Origin: Hydrurus foetidus
Taxonomy: Eukaryota
Assembly (NCBI GenBank): GCA_900617105.1
Contig: UYFQ01000453.1
Coordinates: 1 to 57,626, forward strand
Reading direction: 5' to 3'
DNA: 57,626 bases
In this document: in pieces, positions 55,422-57,626 of the stretch
Numbering within the stretch: position 1 is the stretch's first letter
Layout of the letters: every line of letters starts with the position of its first letter
The notes under the pieces: model-generated
Told to the model about the DNA's origin: nothing
What the model saw: only the letters and a program-made list of their open reading frames with translations
Databases searched by the model: none
Program-made: the position numbers and the translations under genes

Positions 55422-57584
55422 ATGAGTGGAAAAAACTCCTACTCCAAAGGAGGAGGAGGCAACTCGGCGGGTGCAGCGAACGACTCTAAATCTGGGAAAA
55501 GCAATGGTGGCAATTCGTCAAACAATCAGCAATCACGCTATCAGAGGCAGATGCAGGGAAAGCAGGGTCAATCATCTGTTCGAACTCAAGGTCAATCTGA
55601 AAAAGGTATCAGAAAGGAGAATGTTGATCGCAATGCCATGCGTCTTGCAGGCGATGCAATCGACGAAAAGTTTGGATTTCATCGCATGAAAGATGGCCCA
55701 GAAAGGTTCGTTTACATACAACACTTATCAAGGAAGAATCTCTCACTGATTATCCCATATATTGTCTTCACTCTGTAACTATCTCGATACTGCTTACATG
55801 CTACTCATTCACTGCTGTAACTCATACGCATCTTGTGGTTGCTGCTGTTTTTTAATTCTTTCCTTTTGAAATGTCCGTATTCTTTCATTCTCTCACATTC
55901 TCATAATGTGCCCTTAACTTCCGAAACATAATTATTCCCAGGCTTGGCTGGCTGTTGAATTACAATACGGTCACAATGGCTGACGAAACCGGTGCTGAGA
56001 AAAGCGCATTAGATTTATACTATATTGACAGACTTGGAGAGAATTTCAAAGCAACTGTTTTCTTTCAGCCGTATTTCTACATTGATGTAAAGGATGTCAG
56101 AAGGTATGTTTTCGTATGATACAAAATACGATAAATGAATCAAATCAGTTCGAACAGTGATAAAAATCATCGAAATGATGTGTATCGTAGAAGAATTGCT
56201 TGATTTCGCCTTGAATCGATGCTTTGAAAGAAACACGAACTTTGAATCCGTTACTTGTACCAATTATCTCTGACTATCTGACATGTTTTCTTTTTTGCTG
56301 CTACTGCTGTGTTGATAAACGCTCAACAGTATTAGTGTATCGTCTCTAAATACGACTTCATACTCTGTCAAACGATTAAGATTTGATGATCGATTGACTG
56401 TTTGATTGATTGGATGATATTAAATATTTGATTTAACATAAATTGCATTACATATAGAAATCATAAATGATATTGTATATTATGTAATTATTTCATGGAT
56501 ATTTGATTCGTAATAGTGATATAAATAATTATTACTAATGAAAATTATCATCATCAGTTATTCATACTGTATATATGTATATATTATTATTATTATTACA
56601 CATATTAATGATACATTTAAATATTTAACTTACAGATTTCCCGAGATAACTGCATGTTTAATAAAAAAATTCGATGGATGTTCTGTAGAACAAACGGACT
56701 CAGAGGATTTAGATTTGGCAAATCATTTATCAGGAAAAAAACACAAATTTCTGAAAATATCATTTGGCACTGTTAATGAATTGATGGAGGCGAGAAACGA
56801 ACTAAAACCGTTAGTAGTAGCAAATCAAATAAAAGTGAAAGATGACGATTATGAGGAAATTGATTATGAAGTGGTTGAAAATAGCGCTAATTTAAAGAAC
56901 AATTCGATGAAAGCTTCGCTTGATCCTCTAGCTCACATTGTCGAGTTAAGAGAGTTTGATGTGGTGAGTCTCATAATGAGATTGATATTTTTTACACTGT
57001 TGAGTTTAGATGATGAGTATAGTAGAGTACAGTATTTGTGTGTTGTTTAGTTTTGTGATTATTTGAGTAAAGTGTATTTTAATGTTTCTTTAATGTGTAT
57101 GTGTCGTTGAAGTGACATGATTAAACTTGAATTCATTTTTTTACATACTGTGTATAATGTGTGTGTGTAGAGTGAGGGCGATTCAAGCTTGTTCTGAAGT
57201 GCATTGTGTTTGACATTTCGTGACCTCAAAAGTGATTAAAATGAAAGGCTTAAGTTAGATAAGATAGAGTTAGCCACATTCTAACTCTGATTCTAACGGA
57301 GTGTTACACTTTACAAATTTTTGAAGAACAACTTATACCACACTTTTTCTCATCATCATACGTGATTATTTCTCTCCCACTCTTGAACAAACATAATCAC
57401 ACGTACATGCGCACTTACTCCCTCGCTCACACTTTCACCGCATACATACATTCTCTGCCAACCTCTCTGAAGGCACTCTCTCTCTCACTGCATACTCCCT
57501 TATCCCCCTTCGTACACCAACTCACACAGTCTCTCACACCTCTCTCACACAAACACTCTCTCCCTTTCTCTCTCCCTCCCTCCT

Positions 57585-57619
<35 letters not shown>

Positions 57620-57626
57620 CTCCTCC
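55422..57626 (+). CDS. POLE: DNA polymerase epsilon catalytic subunit, N-terminal exons only
   Basis: Exons ~55422-55705, 55942-56103, 56636-56963 give IDEKFGF, RLGWLLN, SALDLYYI, FKATVFFQPYFYI, EDLDLANHLSG, FLKISF, IVELREFDV. Gene runs off the right edge within an intron. Confidence 0.95.

Overview
Intron-rich eukaryotic nuclear DNA, probably a flagellated, plastid-bearing stramenopile. A chrysophyte-like ochrophyte is my inference from the bipartite signal+transit peptides, axonemal dynein p28 and selenocysteine use. Exons were assembled by hand from splice sites and motifs. Ten protein-coding genes, in order: DNALI1/p28 (-, cut by left edge); an intronless SelW/Rdx selenoprotein with an in-frame TGA, absent from the ORF track (-); a DHX40-like DEAH helicase (+); a SohB-like S49 peptidase (+); plastid aspartokinase (-); plastid DnaG-type primase (+); plastid homoserine dehydrogenase with a GC-AG intron (+); a fusion of a degenerate lumazine-synthase-like domain with a calcyphosin EF-hand module and a Jupiter/HN1-like tail (+); RPN5/PSMD12 (+); POLE (+, cut by right edge). 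Mobile DNA: a 5'-truncated CRE-like retrotransposon with an exact 20-bp TSD and six short inverted-repeat elements from about five families. Best leads: the lumazine-synthase-like/calcyphosin fusion, the selenoprotein with atypical SECIS candidates, and the AK-primase-HSD plastid trio. Family calls come from recalled motifs; no database search was run.
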